Part shown: piece by piece, positions 33,321-49,229 of the stretch
Numbering within the stretch: position 1 is the first letter of the stretch
Layout of the letters: each line of letters opens with the position of its first letter
NCBI RefSeq assembly: GCF_009914755.1
Contig: NC_060943.1
Source of the DNA: the human T2T-CHM13v2.0 reference genome, Homo sapiens
DNA length: 64,000 nucleotides
Direction: 5' to 3' (one strand)
Notes under the pieces: generated by a model
The model's input: only the letters and a program-made list of their open reading frames with translations
Database searches by the model: none
Told to the model about the DNA's origin: nothing
Made by a program: the position numbers and the translations under genes

Positions 33321-35122
33321 TCCCTCTCCCTCTCCCTCTCCCCCTCCCCCTCCCCCTCCCCCTCCCCCTCCCTCTCCCTCCACAGTCTCCCTCTGATGCC
33401 GAGCCAAAGCTGGACGGTACTGCTGCCATCTCGGCTCACTGCAACCTCCCTGCCTGATTCTCCTGCCTCAGCCTGCCGAGTGCCTGCGATTGCAGGCACG
33501 CGCCGCCACGCCTGACTGGTTTTCGTTTTTTTTTTTGGTGGAGACGGGGTTTCGCTGTGTTGGCCGGGCTGGTCTCCAGCTCCTAACCACGAGTGATCCG
33601 CCAGCCTCGGCCTCCCGAGGTGCCGGGATTGCAGATGGAGTCTCGTTCACTCAGTGCTCAATGGTGCCCAGGCTGGAGTGCAGTGGCGTGATCTCGGCTC
33701 ACTACAACCTCCACCTCCCAGCCGCCTGCCTTGGCCTCCCAAAGAGCCGAGATTGCAGCCTCTGCCCGGCCGCCACCCCGTCTGGGAAGTGAGGAGCGAC
33801 TCTGCCTGGCCGCCCATTGTCTGGGATGTGAGGAGCCCCTCTGCCTGGCTGCCCAGTCTGGAAAGTGAGGAGCGTCTCTGCCCGGCCGCCATCCCATCTA
33901 GGAAGCGAGGAGCGCCTCTTCCCCGCCGCCATCCCATCTAGGAAGTGAGGAGCGTCTCTGCCCGGCCGCCCATCGTCTGAGATGTGGGGAGCACCTCTGC
34001 CCCACCGCCCTGTCTGGGATGTGAGGAGCGCCTCTGCTGGGCCGCAACCCTGTCTGGGAGGTGAGGAGCGTCTCTGCCCGGCCGCCCCGTCTGAGAAGTG
34101 AGGAAACCCTCTGCCTGGCAACTGCCCCGTCTGAGAAGTGAGGAGCCCCTCCGTCCGGCAACCACCCCGTCTGGGAAGTGAGGAGCGTCTCCGCCCGGCA
34201 GCCGCCCCGTCCGGGAGGGAGGTCGGGGGGGTCAGCCCCCCGCCCGGCCAGCCGCCCCGTCCGGGAGGTGAGGGGCTCCTCTGCCCGGCCGCCCCTACTG
34301 GGAAGTGAGGACCCCTCTGCCCGGCCAGCCGCCCCGTCCGGGAGGGAGGTGGGGGGGACAGCCCCCCGCCCGGCCAGCCGCCCTATCCAGGAGGTGAGGG
34401 GCGCCTCTGCCCGGCCGCCCCTACTGGGAAGTGAGGAGCCCCTCTGCCTGGCCAGCCGCCCCGTCCGGGAGGGTGGTGGGGGGGTCAGCCCCCCGCCCGG
34501 CCAGCCGCCCCATCTGGGAGGTGAGGGGCGCTTCTGCCCGGCCGCCCCTACTGGGAAGTGAGGAGCCCCTCTGCCCGGCCACGACCCCGTCTGGGAGGTG
34601 TGCCCAGCGGCTCATTGAGAACGGGCCATGATGACAATGGCGGTTTTGTGGAATAGAAAGGCGGGAAGGGTGGGGAAGAAATTGAGAAATCGGATGATTG
34701 CCGGGTCTGTGTGGATAGAAGTAGACATGGGAGACTTTTCATTTTGTTCTGTACTAAGAAAAATTCTTCTGCCTTGGGATCCTGTTGATCTGTGACCTTA
34801 TCCCCAACCCTGTGCTCTCTGAAACATGTGCTGTGTCCACTCAGGGTTAAATGGATTAAGGGCGGTGCAAGATGTGCTTTGTTAAACAGATGCTTGAAGG
34901 CAGCATGCTCGTTAAGAGTCATCACCACTCCCTAATCTCAAGTACCCAGGGACACAAACACTGCGGAAGGCCGCAGGGTCCTCTGCCTAGGAAAACCAGA
35001 GACCTTTGTTCACTTGTTTATCTGCTGACCTTCCCTCCACTATTGTCCTATGACCCTGCCAAATCCCCCTCTGCGAGAAACACCCAAGAATGATCAATAA
35101 AAAAAAAAAAAAAAAAAAAAAA
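33321..35122 (+). mobile_element. Full-structure young SVA retrotransposon (SVA_E-like; D/E/F group)
   Basis: CCCTCT hexamers 33321-33380, Alu-like domain, GC-rich VNTR ~33760-34600, SINE-R, AATAAA at 35096, poly(A) to 35122. Confidence 0.95.
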
Positions 35123-35609
35123 GTTTTAAGTGTGCTGTGTAGAGAGTGGCATGCTTGGATGACATAAACTGGGCAAGCCTTTGAGGAAATGCATCACCCT
35201 GATTACTATAGTTTTAAGGCTACTTAAAAGGTCCCTATGTCCAAAGAATACCCTCTCTGCTCACTGGATAGCAGGTGAAATTCCACAATCTGAGCTTCAA
35301 TCCTTGAGGTTAATGCTTAGTAATAAAGTTAAACTAAACTATCACCCAATTTAAGCAATTTATACATTGTGAAAAGAGAACAATGCAACTCAGATGAAAT
35401 TTTCCTAAATCTCCAGTTGTGGTAATCTTGGTTAATGCTTTATTGTCACTATACCAATACTTTTGCATGTATTTAAAATGACGCTACTCATAGTAATTGC
35501 TTATCTGCTCAGTGGAGCAATTTAGGACTACCCAGCAGTCTTTTAAAACCTTGGCATTTATGAAGATTAAAAACTTGAATGGTGAAAAAAAAAAAAAAAA
35601 AAAAAAAAA
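35123..35609 (+). other. 3' transduction carried by the SVA
   Basis: About 460 nt of AT-rich sequence that is neither PABPN1 nor SVA, lying between two poly(A) tracts; ATTAAA at 35566; TSD aaaaaaaga(t/c) encloses the SVA plus this segment. Confidence 0.85.
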
Positions 35610-37656
35610 GACATACTGTGGAAGGACAGAGAATCCCTAACAAACTGCTGAGGAGGGACCTGTTTTGGGGAGCAGGGGAAGGCCCAGGGAGTGGGGCAGG
35701 GGGCGGCTTATTCACTCTGGGGATTCGCCATGGACACGTCTCAACAGTGCAAGCTGCTCCCCGTGTTTCCCTGCCCCACTTCGCCCCCGTAGGGGCTGCT
35801 CCAGGGTAGGCGGGCGGGGGTGGTAGGAGGTTTTTTTTTTTACCCAGGGCTCTGGAAGGACACCAGACTGTTCGGCTTGTCACCTTCCCTCCGTCTTCTC
35901 CTCACCTTTCACAGTCCCCTCCTGCCTGCTCCTGTCCCTCCAGGTCTACCACCCACCCCACCCCTCTTCTCTGGCCCCCTGCCCCTCCAGATTGCCTGGT
36001 GATCTATTTTGTTTCCTTTTGTGTTTCTTTTTCTGTGTTGAGTGTCTTTGTTTACAGGTTTCTGCAGCCAGAAGATCTCCGTTCCACTCCCAGCAGCTCC
36101 ACTGTAAATTCCCCTTCCCCATGGGGAAATGCACTACCTTGTTTTGGGGGGTTTAGAGGTGTTTCTGTTTTTCAGTTTTTTGTTTTGTTTTGTCTTCCTT
36201 TGCCTTTTTTCCCTTTTATTTGGAGGGAATAGGAGGAAGTGGGAACAGGGAGGTGGGAGATGGACTCTGTTTATTTTTTTAAGCTCATTTCCAGGGGTGG
36301 GAATTTTTTTTAATATGTGTCATGAATAAAGTTGTTTTTGAAAATAAAAATTGTTTGGACTTTTACAAAAAAGAAAAAACTTTTTTAAGTTACTACAGAA
36401 TTTCTTCTAAAGCCTCATAATGCTGCAGAAATACACGTGTACAAGACTTGCTCTGACACCTGGCACAGAACTGACAGTAACGGCTCCCCAGGGAGGCTGG
36501 AAGGAGGATGGAGGACGTGACAGGGAAAGGAGATGCTTTATGGCCAAGGGTCTAAGCTGCAGCTTTCTTGGAGCGTTACCACCAAACAAATATACACATC
36601 GTGTGATGTTTAAATATAACAATATATATTTAATAACAATTGGTGGGGCTGGGCATGATGGCTCGTGTCTGTAATCCCAGCATTCTGTGAGGCTGAAGCA
36701 GGCGGATCACCTGAGGTCAGGAGTTCAAGACCAGCATGGCCAAAATGGTGAAACACCGTCTCTCCTAAAAATACAAAAAAAATTAGCCACGGGTGATGGC
36801 ACGTGACTATAATCCCAGCTACTTAGGAGGCTAAAACAGGAGAATCACTTGAACCTGGGAGGCAGAGGCTGCAGTGATCCGACATCACACCACTGCATTC
36901 CAGCCTGGACAACCGAGACTTTGTCTCAAAAAGAAAAAAAAAAGCTGGGCGAGGTGGCTCACGCCTGTGATTTCAAAACTTTGGGAGGCTGAGGTGGGCA
37001 GATCACGAGGTTAGGAAATGAAAACCATCCTGGCTAAAAAGGTGAAACCCCATCACTACTGAAAATACCAAAAAATTATCTGGACATGGTGGCACTCGCT
37101 TGTATTCCCAGTTACTCAGGAGCCTGAGGCAGGAGACTCGCTTGAACCGGGAAGGCAGAGGCTACAGTGAGCCAAGATCACACCACTGCGCTCCAGCCTG
37201 GGCAACAGAGCCAGACCTTGTCTCAAAATAAAATAAATATATGAAAACAGAATTACTCAAAGTACGAAAATCTTTTTTTGCATATATATGCCCCAAAAAT
37301 AATAAAACCTTCAAAGACTCACAAGAAATTAGATGTTAATAACAAAGTGGTCATTTTCCCCAGACTTTCAAAGTATACATGTGTGTATATATGTATGTAT
37401 ATGTATAGATATGTGTGTATGTGTGTGTATATATATATTTATATATATATAAAGGTTTTTAAAATATAAAAAGTAGCAAGATTTGTTTAACTGAAGAGGA
37501 ATCTTGCCTTGGTGGAAAGGATACTTTGGCAGTGGGACGAAGGAGAGGAGCAGAAAAAATAACTATTGGGCCCGGGCACAGTGGCTCACACCTGTAATCT
37601 CAGCACTTTGGGAGGCTGAGGCTGCTGGATCACCTGAAAACAGGAGTTCAACATCA

Positions 37657-37845
<189 letters not shown>

Positions 37846-37941
37846 TCAGTCTCAAAAAAATAAATAAAAAAAATAACTGTCTGGGCGTGGTGGCTCACGC
37901 CTGTAATCCCAGCACTTTGGGAGGCCGAGGCGGGCGAATCA

Positions 37942-38318
<377 letters not shown>

Positions 38319-38833
38319 TTACAACAGAATTTTTTTTAAAGTCTCATAATGATGCAGAAATACACGTGTACGAGACTCGCTCTGACAGCTAACACAGAAC
38401 TGACAATAGTGGCTCGCCAGTGAGGCTGGAAGGAGGGTGGAGGATGTGACAGGGAAAGGAGATGCCTTATGGCAAAGGGTCTAAGCTGCAGCTTTGCTTG
38501 GAGTTTTACCACAAAATATATACATCATGTGATGTTTACATATAACCATTTATATTTAATAATTGTTTGGCTGGGCATGGTGGCTTGCACCTATAATCCC
38601 AACACTCTTGGGGGCTGAGGCAGGCAGACCACCTGAGGTTAGGAGTTCGAGGCCAGCCTGGCCAACATGGTGAAACCCTGTTTCTACTAAAAATACAAAA
38701 AAATTAGCCAGGCAAGCCGGGCGCGGTGGCTCAAGCCTGTAATCCCAGCACTTTGGGAGGCTGAGGTGGGAGGATAACGAGGTCAGGAGATCGAGACCAT
38801 CCTGGCTAACACGGTGAAACCCCGTCTCTACTA

Positions 38834-39235
<402 letters not shown>

Positions 39236-39464
39236 TTAGATAAAAAAGCAGTACTCTCCAATATTAGAGAAAAATTGCAACCACTTTTACCAAAAACACC
39301 TGTTTCACAAGCCTCTCCACAGTAACACCATAGTCTCCGTGAGCTCGATGTGTTAAGAATGGTTGAATGACGCTCCTGCTATTATTTACATTGATTTCAT
39401 GTTCTTAAAATAATGAAGGAATAGGCCACGCACGGTGGCTCACGCTTGTAATCCCAGCACTTTA

Positions 39465-39749
<285 letters not shown>

Positions 39750-40276
39750 CTATGTATGAACATTCCATTCTAATTAGTAAGATTTTTGGAGTCAGAAACA
39801 CAGGAACTCACTCAATTACCTAAAAATGTGGTATAAAATCAGGGAGAAAAGATTTTCCCTTATTGGTCTCCTTTTCTAGAACTTACCACGTACTTCGTGC
39901 ATATTAATACTTGACTCCCATTGGCAGCTGCTCTAATCCTGGTCCACAGAGAGCTGACAGTGCATCCAGATGTGGCCCCTGAACAAACCCTGCTGCCCAA
40001 CAGCACTGACACCACAGGACCCTCACCCCGTCTCCATCCATGTCTGGGTGTGAGCCCTTCCCAGGACCATGCCCAGTGCAGCCTCTCCCATGTTCATGTC
40101 ACTGGGTCACCAGAGATGGAATCTAAGCGAGATGAGATGAACTGAAGGAAGGCATGGGTGAGGGTGAGCAAACATATCAGGCAGGACACTTCAGACTCAG
40201 AGAAGACTCCCAACTCCAAGGCCCAGCGTTTCTGAAAGGAAGGAGACAGAACAATCCACCGAGAATACCATCTCAC

Positions 40277-40291
40277 CTGAGGAAGAGCCAT
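40277..40291 (-). CDS. ZNF28: ZNF28 exon 2 coding part (MALPQ); exon spans 40277-40364
   Basis: Acceptor attcag at 40364, ATG at 40291, donor CAG|gtgaga; the upstream ATG of paralogs is replaced by TTG. Confidence 0.92.
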
Positions 40292-40450
40292 CCCTGACTC
40301 CTTTGCTTTCCTCTTCCTCTTCTGGGTTTCTTCCTCACGTACCAAGATTCTTTAGAAGTCAATCCTGAATGTTAAAAATATGTTGTTTATTGCTCAGAAT
40401 CAACACATCCCCTCCCTGTAACACAACAACACATACAAAGGAGACTTCAC

Positions 40451-40503
40451 CTTGAGGAAATATGGTCCCCTATGCTGCCTACCGCACCACGAACAAAAAA
40501 TTC
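40451..40503 (-). other. Candidate 53-nt 5'UTR cassette exon of ZNF28
   Basis: Acceptor ttttcctgtag and donor AAG|gtgaag; contains no ATG; 86-nt intron to exon 2. Confidence 0.45.
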
Positions 40504-42440
40504 CTACAGGAAAACCCCCACTCTCCTCCTGGAGAAGCCCACACACACGCTGCAGCAGTGGGGAGCTGGGCTGGGATGAGCTCCCCTTCAGGAAATCTCT
40601 ACCATAAATACAAAAACTTAGCCAGATATGGTGGTGCGCATCTGTGTGTCTGTGGTCCCAGCTACTTAGGAAGCTGAGGTGGAAGGATCACTTGAGCTCA
40701 GAAGTTCGAGACCAGCCTGGCCAACATGGAGAAACCCTCTCTCTACTAAAAATATAAAAATTGGGCTGGGCTCAGTGGCTCATGCCTGTAATACCAACAC
40801 TCTGAAAGGCCGAGGTGGGTGGATTACTTGAGGTCAGGAGTTCAAGAGCAGCCTGGCCAACATGGTGAAACCCTGTCTCTACTAAAAATACAAAAAGTAG
40901 CCGGGCTTGATGGGCATCTGTAATCCCAGCTACTCAGGAGGCTGAGGTAGAATTGCTTGAACCTGGAAGGTGGAGGTTGCAGTGACCCAAGATCGCGCCA
41001 CTCCACTCCTGCCTGGGTGACAGAGTAAGACTCAAAAATAAAATAAAATACAAATACAAATACAAAAATTAGCAGGGTGTGGTGGCACACACCTGTAATC
41101 TTAGCTACTTGGGAGGCTGAGGCACAAGAATCACTTGAACCCAGGAGATACAGGATGCAGTGAGCCAAGATCACAGGACTGCACTCATAGCCTGGAGGAC
41201 AGAATGAGAGTCTGTTTGGGAAAAAAAAAAAAAAGTGCATTTCTGATGGGATTGACACAGAGATAAGAAGACTTGAGTAATGTGATAGACACTGATGGGC
41301 AGAGGGAACTTCAGATGGGGGTGGGAGGGCATGGGAGACAGCTCTGAGCCTAGACCTGAAGGAGAAAGGGACAGTGCCATCTTCATTTAGAAACATTGAA
41401 TAAGAGCAGGGACAACAACCTGAGACAGGAAGGATTTTGATGTTTGAAAAAAGAGAAAAGCAAATGTGACTGGGGCAGAGGGAGTCAGATGAGGGTAAGC
41501 TCCCAGGAGGAGGCTGGACACTGGCAGGGACCCTGAACACAGGGCTGTGGAGCCAAAGTGAAGAGTCGGGCTTTTGTCCTGGGGAACACGGGAAGCAGGT
41601 GGAGGGTTCCCTGCCAGGCACTGACATGACCTGCTTTAGATGTAGCTGTGATATTCTAATACAGACAAAGGCCTCCGAAGATGGTCTCTCTTTCTGAGTC
41701 TACCACTCTCTTTCTTCCATTCTATTGCTTTTTTTTTTTCATTTTTGGGGTACTGCATCCCACTGAAAATTCTAATTACAACTGGGCACTCCCCTCTACC
41801 AGAAAAAAAGCCACACCCAGACACCGCCTCTATTTTGCCAATCATTTCAGGGGTCAGGATCACTCAGGTTGAGCTTTTCTGGTCTAGCCCTTCGTCGCAA
41901 AGATGCAGGGAGGTTCACTGGGGCTCAGAGCTGGAAACATTTTCACGAAGTTACCCTGAGAAGGTCTGAGATGAGTGAGAAGGTGTGCCTGAATTCTTAC
42001 ATGGGGGCCTGGAAGGGCTAATGGGATGGACTGGTCTTATCATCCCATCCTTAAAATTAGAGAAGCATCTTTCACATGCCTGGGTTAAAGAAAATTCTTT
42101 TGAAAGGTTCTGATGAAATTGACTCCCAACATTGAATTCTTCCTTACAAGAAAATCACACTAACATTTATAAAATGCAGCAGTGTAAACACACAGCTCTT
42201 GACCTTGAAAACAGGGTCAACTGTAGAACTAAGACATAAGCAAATTATTTCAATCAAGAATACATGGGTGGACAGCTGAGGTGGTTCACACCTGTAATTC
42301 CAGCACTTTGGGAGGTGGAGGTGGGTGGATTACCTGAGGTCAGGAGTTTGAGACCAACCTGGCCAACATGGTGAAACCCTATCTCTACTAGAAATACAAA
42401 AATTAGCTGGGCTCCATCCTTGCAACTTATTTAACCTCTT

Positions 42441-42746
<306 letters not shown>

Positions 42747-43915
42747 CTTATTTAACCTCTTGTTGGTCCTTCTCCCCAATCTTTAGATCGTCCTCAATCT
42801 CCATAGATTTCCACCTCTTCTCCCCTCTCTGCTCTCCCTGTTAAATTCTCTCTTCTCTGTTATAACCCCCTGGACCCAGTCTGGCACCCCAGATCCCCAG
42901 GTGTCCTCCCCGCTGTGCTTCTCCCTCTGTTCTCCTTGCCACCAGCACCACTCTGCTCTGTCTGACCCGGCTCCACATCCCTCCTCCTCTCCCTCACTCT
43001 GATGAGCCTCCACATTTCTGCCCCTCTCCCTACCTTGCTGTCTGTCCTTCATCTCTCTGTACATCTAGCTTTTCTCTACATTTCTCCAGTTGCTTTTCTC
43101 CTCCTGCTTTCTTATCTTTTATCACTTTTGCTGTCTCTTGGCAAATCCCTCACCATCCTCTACTTTGCCATCTGTTATGGGTCTTTCTCATTCTTCTTTT
43201 CTCTGTCTCAGGTTTTCTACTGCTCTCTTAGTCCCTCTCTCTGTCTCCTGATCCCTTTGGCCCACACGATCACACGAGGGTTTGGAGTAAGACACCTGCA
43301 TCTCGGAGAAGCGCATTTTCCCAGAGCTGGAGCTGGGCGGGCAAGAACACCCCGCGTCACAGGACAAGCCCCAGGCACCTCTCCAACGCGGGCTCAGGGG
43401 AAGCGGTGACTGCGGAGGGGAGATCTGGGGAGCAGCAGGGCCCAGCAAGAGGAGGAGGGAGGTGGGGAGCGACGACGCCTTCGGACAAGGGTGGGATCCG
43501 CAGGATCCCAGGACCACAGAACGCAGCCTTCCCGGGACTGGGGTCGCCGCGCTGTGCTCCAGGAACCCAGGAGGATGAGGCTGGGAGGCGCACAGGGTGG
43601 GAATACACCTCTAGGGTGAGGACTTTAAAAAGAGCCGTGCGGAAGGAGTCAAAAAAAGGTTTTGAGCAGGAAAACTACGAGATAGGAAGTGTATACATTG
43701 CCCTGTAGCAGAAAGACCCGGGACGGGACCAGCCTCAGGGCGACTTTAAACCTAAAAAGAAGGGGCTTCCGGACTCCCAGTAGAACATCTCCATTTGCTC
43801 TGAGTGAACGAAGAAAGGGGAGAACTTCCAGGTCTAGGGGGACCCCACATCCCATGTACAGAAGTGCCGGGGACCTGGGAAGCTCAGACTTAACACCACA
43901 CAGAGCAAAACTCAC

Positions 43916-44130
43916 CGCCCGCCGCGGCGTGACCGTCATTCCACGGGATCCGCTTCCTGGTCTGCGCGAATCTGCGCGCGCAGGACAGAAACCAGGCCTG
44001 GGTGGAGCCAACGAGGAGGCGAGCGGGGCCCGGGTGAGGTGTGGGCGGGGCGCGAAGCGGCGAGACCTTGCCCTTTAGAACCCGCAGAGGGCGGGGCCGG
44101 AGCGGGACCTGTGAGTCTCAGCCTCCTCCC
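43916..44130 (-). promoter_or_regulatory. ZNF28: ZNF28 CpG-island promoter and non-coding exon 1 (donor at 43916; TSS approximate)
   Basis: Donor CG|gtgagt; CAGGAAGCGG ETS-like motif at 43950-43959; GC boxes at ~44043 and ~44089; homologous to the 9203-9400 promoter. Confidence 0.85.
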
Positions 44131-44426
44131 AGGCCATGTTCTCAGGCTTTTGAACCCGGGAGATACAGCTTGCATTGGGCCGAGATCGAGCCACTGCACA
44201 CCAGCCTGGGCAACAGAGCCAGACTCCGTCTCTAAAAAAAAATAAAAAAATAAAAAAATAATAAAAAAAAAATTTGCTTGTGCGAGACAGGGATACAACA
44301 TTACTCTTTTCCGTGTGGATATCCAGTTAGTTGTCCCAGCACATTTGTAAAAGAGATCTATTACTTTCTCCTTTTTATTTACATTTTTTTCTTTTCTTTT
44401 TCCCTTTTTTTTTTTTTTTTTTTTGA

Positions 44427-44774
<348 letters not shown>

Positions 44775-45164
44775 TGAGAAATCATCTTCATGACAAAACA
44801 GGAAGAAATAAGAACTATTCTATTAATGAATAAGCCTTAGACCAGAATGTGTTGGGAAATAGAGGCAAACAGCTAAGAGGTTGAAAAGAGAGAAAGAAAC
44901 TTCATTGTTCTATGCAACCCGTTAAGTACATGTTTTCAAGATAAACACTAATCAGTCCTCAGGGAAGATTAGTTGACAACAGCCTTGGTCGCACATAGTT
45001 CATCCTGGCTGTACTTGGTAATGGAGGTGACTATCTGTGTCAGCTAGTTAGCTTCATGCAGAGAGAGGGGAATTACTTTAACCCACGTCTTTTTGACAAG
45101 TGTGAGTTTTACAACATGGAGGCAGGTGCCGTCTCTAGTGAGGCTGCTACAGTCCGACAGAAAC

Positions 45165-45980
<816 letters not shown>

Positions 45981-46858
45981 CTACTGAGATATAGGTACTA
46001 TCGCCCTTGTAGTTTGCCTTACAAGGATCGTTCCCAAGACCTTCAGAAATACATCCTTGGGTCATTAAACTGAAAAAAGGCTTAGTTACTTTCTAAAAAA
46101 TACCACTTCAGGCCAGGCGCGGTGGTTCAAGCCTGTAATCCCAGCGTTTTGGAAGGCCGAGGAGGACAGATGGCCTGAGGTCGGAAGTTGGAGACCGGCC
46201 TGACCAATATGGAGAAACCCCATCTCTCCTATAAATACAAAAATTAGCCTGGCCTGTTGGCATGTGCCTCTATTCCCAGCTACTCGGGAGGCTGAGGGAG
46301 GTGAATCGCTTGAGCCCAGGAGACACGGAGGTTGTGGTGAGCCAAGATCACGCCATTGCACTCCAGCCCAGGCAACAACAGTGAAACTCCGTCTCAAAAA
46401 CAAAAAATAAATAATAATAATAATAATAATAATAAATATGGCCGGCGCAGTGGCTCATGCCTGAGTGAGACTCCGTCTCAAAACAAAATAAAACAAAACA
46501 AAACAAAAAACAAAAAAAACACATTACCAGTTCCACAGTAGGGTGTCCTCAAAAACAAAGGAAATGCCTCCTCTTTAAGTTTTTCTTACATAGGCATCCA
46601 GGTAAATACAAAGATATGTCTACCTGCCGGTTGGCTGACAGTCTAACACAACTTATTACTTTGTTGATTTAAAGCTATCCATGACTGGTCGCGGTGGCTC
46701 ATGCCTGCAATCCCGGCACTTTGGGTGGCCGAGGTGGGCAGATCACCTGAGGTCAGGACTGTGAAACCAGCCTGGCCAACAGGGTAAAACCCCATCTCTA
46801 CTAAAGATACAAAAATTAGCGAGGTGTGGTGGTGCGCGCCTGTAGTCCCAGATACTCA

Positions 46859-47020
<162 letters not shown>

Positions 47021-48774
47021 TCAGGAATCTCTAGCCAGTCTGATTGGAGAGTGTTCTTCCTCACTGAAGTCAGACACCAAAAACCGTGAAAGCTGGCTGA
47101 TTTCTGAACTGCTGAAGTTCCAACAGAACATAACCAGATATACAAAGAGATAACGTGGATGATCCCAAGAAATTATACACAAATTTATAAAACAGAGACT
47201 TAGAAATAACGGGACTAAAAATTCAAAATAAGCCTGGGCAACATGTTGAAACCATGTTTCTACCAAAAATACAAAAATTAGCTGGACACGGTGGTGCACA
47301 CCTGTAGTTCCAGCTACTTGGGAGGCTGAGATGGGAGGATTGCTTGAGCCTGAAATGCAGAGGCTGCAGGGCACATGGTGCTCTCTCATGTTCTCAGAGA
47401 GGGCGCTTTTACACCTGGGGGTAGGGATGGAATCTTCCCAGATCTAAGAAATGAGGAAATGCCACGTCCTAGAAGAAGCAATCAGTTTCTCAATAGCCCC
47501 TCCTGCAGGAACCCTCCAGATACATGTAGCGAAGTCAGCACACTCACAGGCAGCCAGTGTGGCATTCTTGGTAACAGTGACAAACTGGGAAGGACTCACG
47601 TGTCTTCATTCAGAAAATGCTCCAAGGAGAATGAAAAACAGTAAGCTATCTTGCTTCCTACCTTGAAAACATGGAATATTTTAAGACTTGCAGGATAAAA
47701 TACCACAACAAAACATTTATCATGTTGAGCTCAGTGGCTCACGCATGTAATCCCAGTACTTGGGAGGCCGAGGAGGGAGGATCACTTGAGGCCAGGAGTC
47801 TAAGACCAGCCTGGCCAATATGGAGAAACTCCATCTCTACTAAAAATATAACAATTAGCCAAGCATGATGGCACATACCTGTAACACAGCTACTCAGTTG
47901 GCTGAGGCTAGAGAATCATTTGAACCCATGAAGCAGAGGTTGCAATGTGCTAGTAAGTTCCAGCCTGTTGACAGGGTGAGACACCGGTCTCACAAAACAT
48001 ACAAAACAAAAAACAACAACAAAAAAATCATTTGGCCGGGCACAGTGGCTCATGCCTGTAATCCCAGCACTTCGGGAGGCTGAGGGGGATGGATCACTAG
48101 AAGCCAGGAGTGCCAGACCACCCTGGCCAACATGGTGAAACTCCATCTCTATTAAAAATACAAAAAACTTATCCAGGCATAGTGGCACACACCTTTAGTC
48201 CCAGGTATTCAGGAGGCTGAGGCACAAGAATCACTTGAACCTGGAGGAAAGAGTCTGCAGTGAGGCAAGATTGCGCCACTGCGCTCCAGTCTGGGTGACA
48301 GGCACATTCATCAAATAATTTTATCTAAAATCTCATAATGGTGTCTGAATACATTTCTGTAGGACTTACGCTGACTTGCCACAGTACTCTCAGCAGTGAT
48401 TCCCCATTGAGCCAAGGGAACTGGTGGAAGGCTGGACAGGAAAGGGGATGCCTAAGTGAACTTTCTTTGTCCGGGAGTGGTTGCTCAACGCCTGTAATCC
48501 TAGCACTTTGGGAGGCCGATTTCTTGTTTTAAAAGCAATAATAGAACAAATTATCCTCTACCACTGATGTTACCTCCACTTTCCATTCCATTCTAAGTCA
48601 TTAAAAGTGCAGAGTCAAAACTGGGAATTGCGGCAAATGCTTGTAATCCCAGCATTTTGGGAGTCCAAGATGGATGGATCACCTGAGTTCAGAGGTCTGA
48701 GACCAGCCTGACCAATGTGGTGAAACCCTGTTTCTACTAAAAGTACAAAACTTAGCGCTGGGTGGGCTGGCTCA

Positions 48775-49056
<282 letters not shown>

Positions 49057-49229
49057 TCAGCTGGGCCTGGTGGTGCACACCTGTAGTCCCAGCTACTTGG
49101 GAGGCTGAGCCAGGAGAACTGCTTGAACCCAGGAGGTGGAGGGTGCAGTGAGCTGACAGATATTGTGCCACTGCCATCCAGCCTGGCGACAGAGCAAGAC
49201 TCCATTCTCACCCACCTAAAAAAGAAAAA

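Larger units (their letters stand above)
32274..36379 (+). pseudogene. PABPN1P2: Processed pseudogene of PABPN1, antisense in ZNF28 intron 2, split by an SVA
   Basis: Intronless PABPN1 CDS ([27 protein letters not shown]1 KGFAYIEF, ends ...YSPY* at 33190); ATG changed to AAG at 32294; frameshifts; 3'UTR resumes at 35610; AATAAA ~36325 and an A-rich tail. The symbol suffix P2 is from memory. Confidence 0.93.

Noticed and set aside
33650-35093. Overlapping ORFs within the SVA
   Set aside because: The GC-rich VNTR lacks stop codons; SVA is non-coding.
40842-41627. 261-aa ORF and the many other 60-180 aa ORFs containing SPRLECSG / [10 protein letters not shown]
   Set aside because: Alu-derived or low-complexity translations with no recognisable domain.
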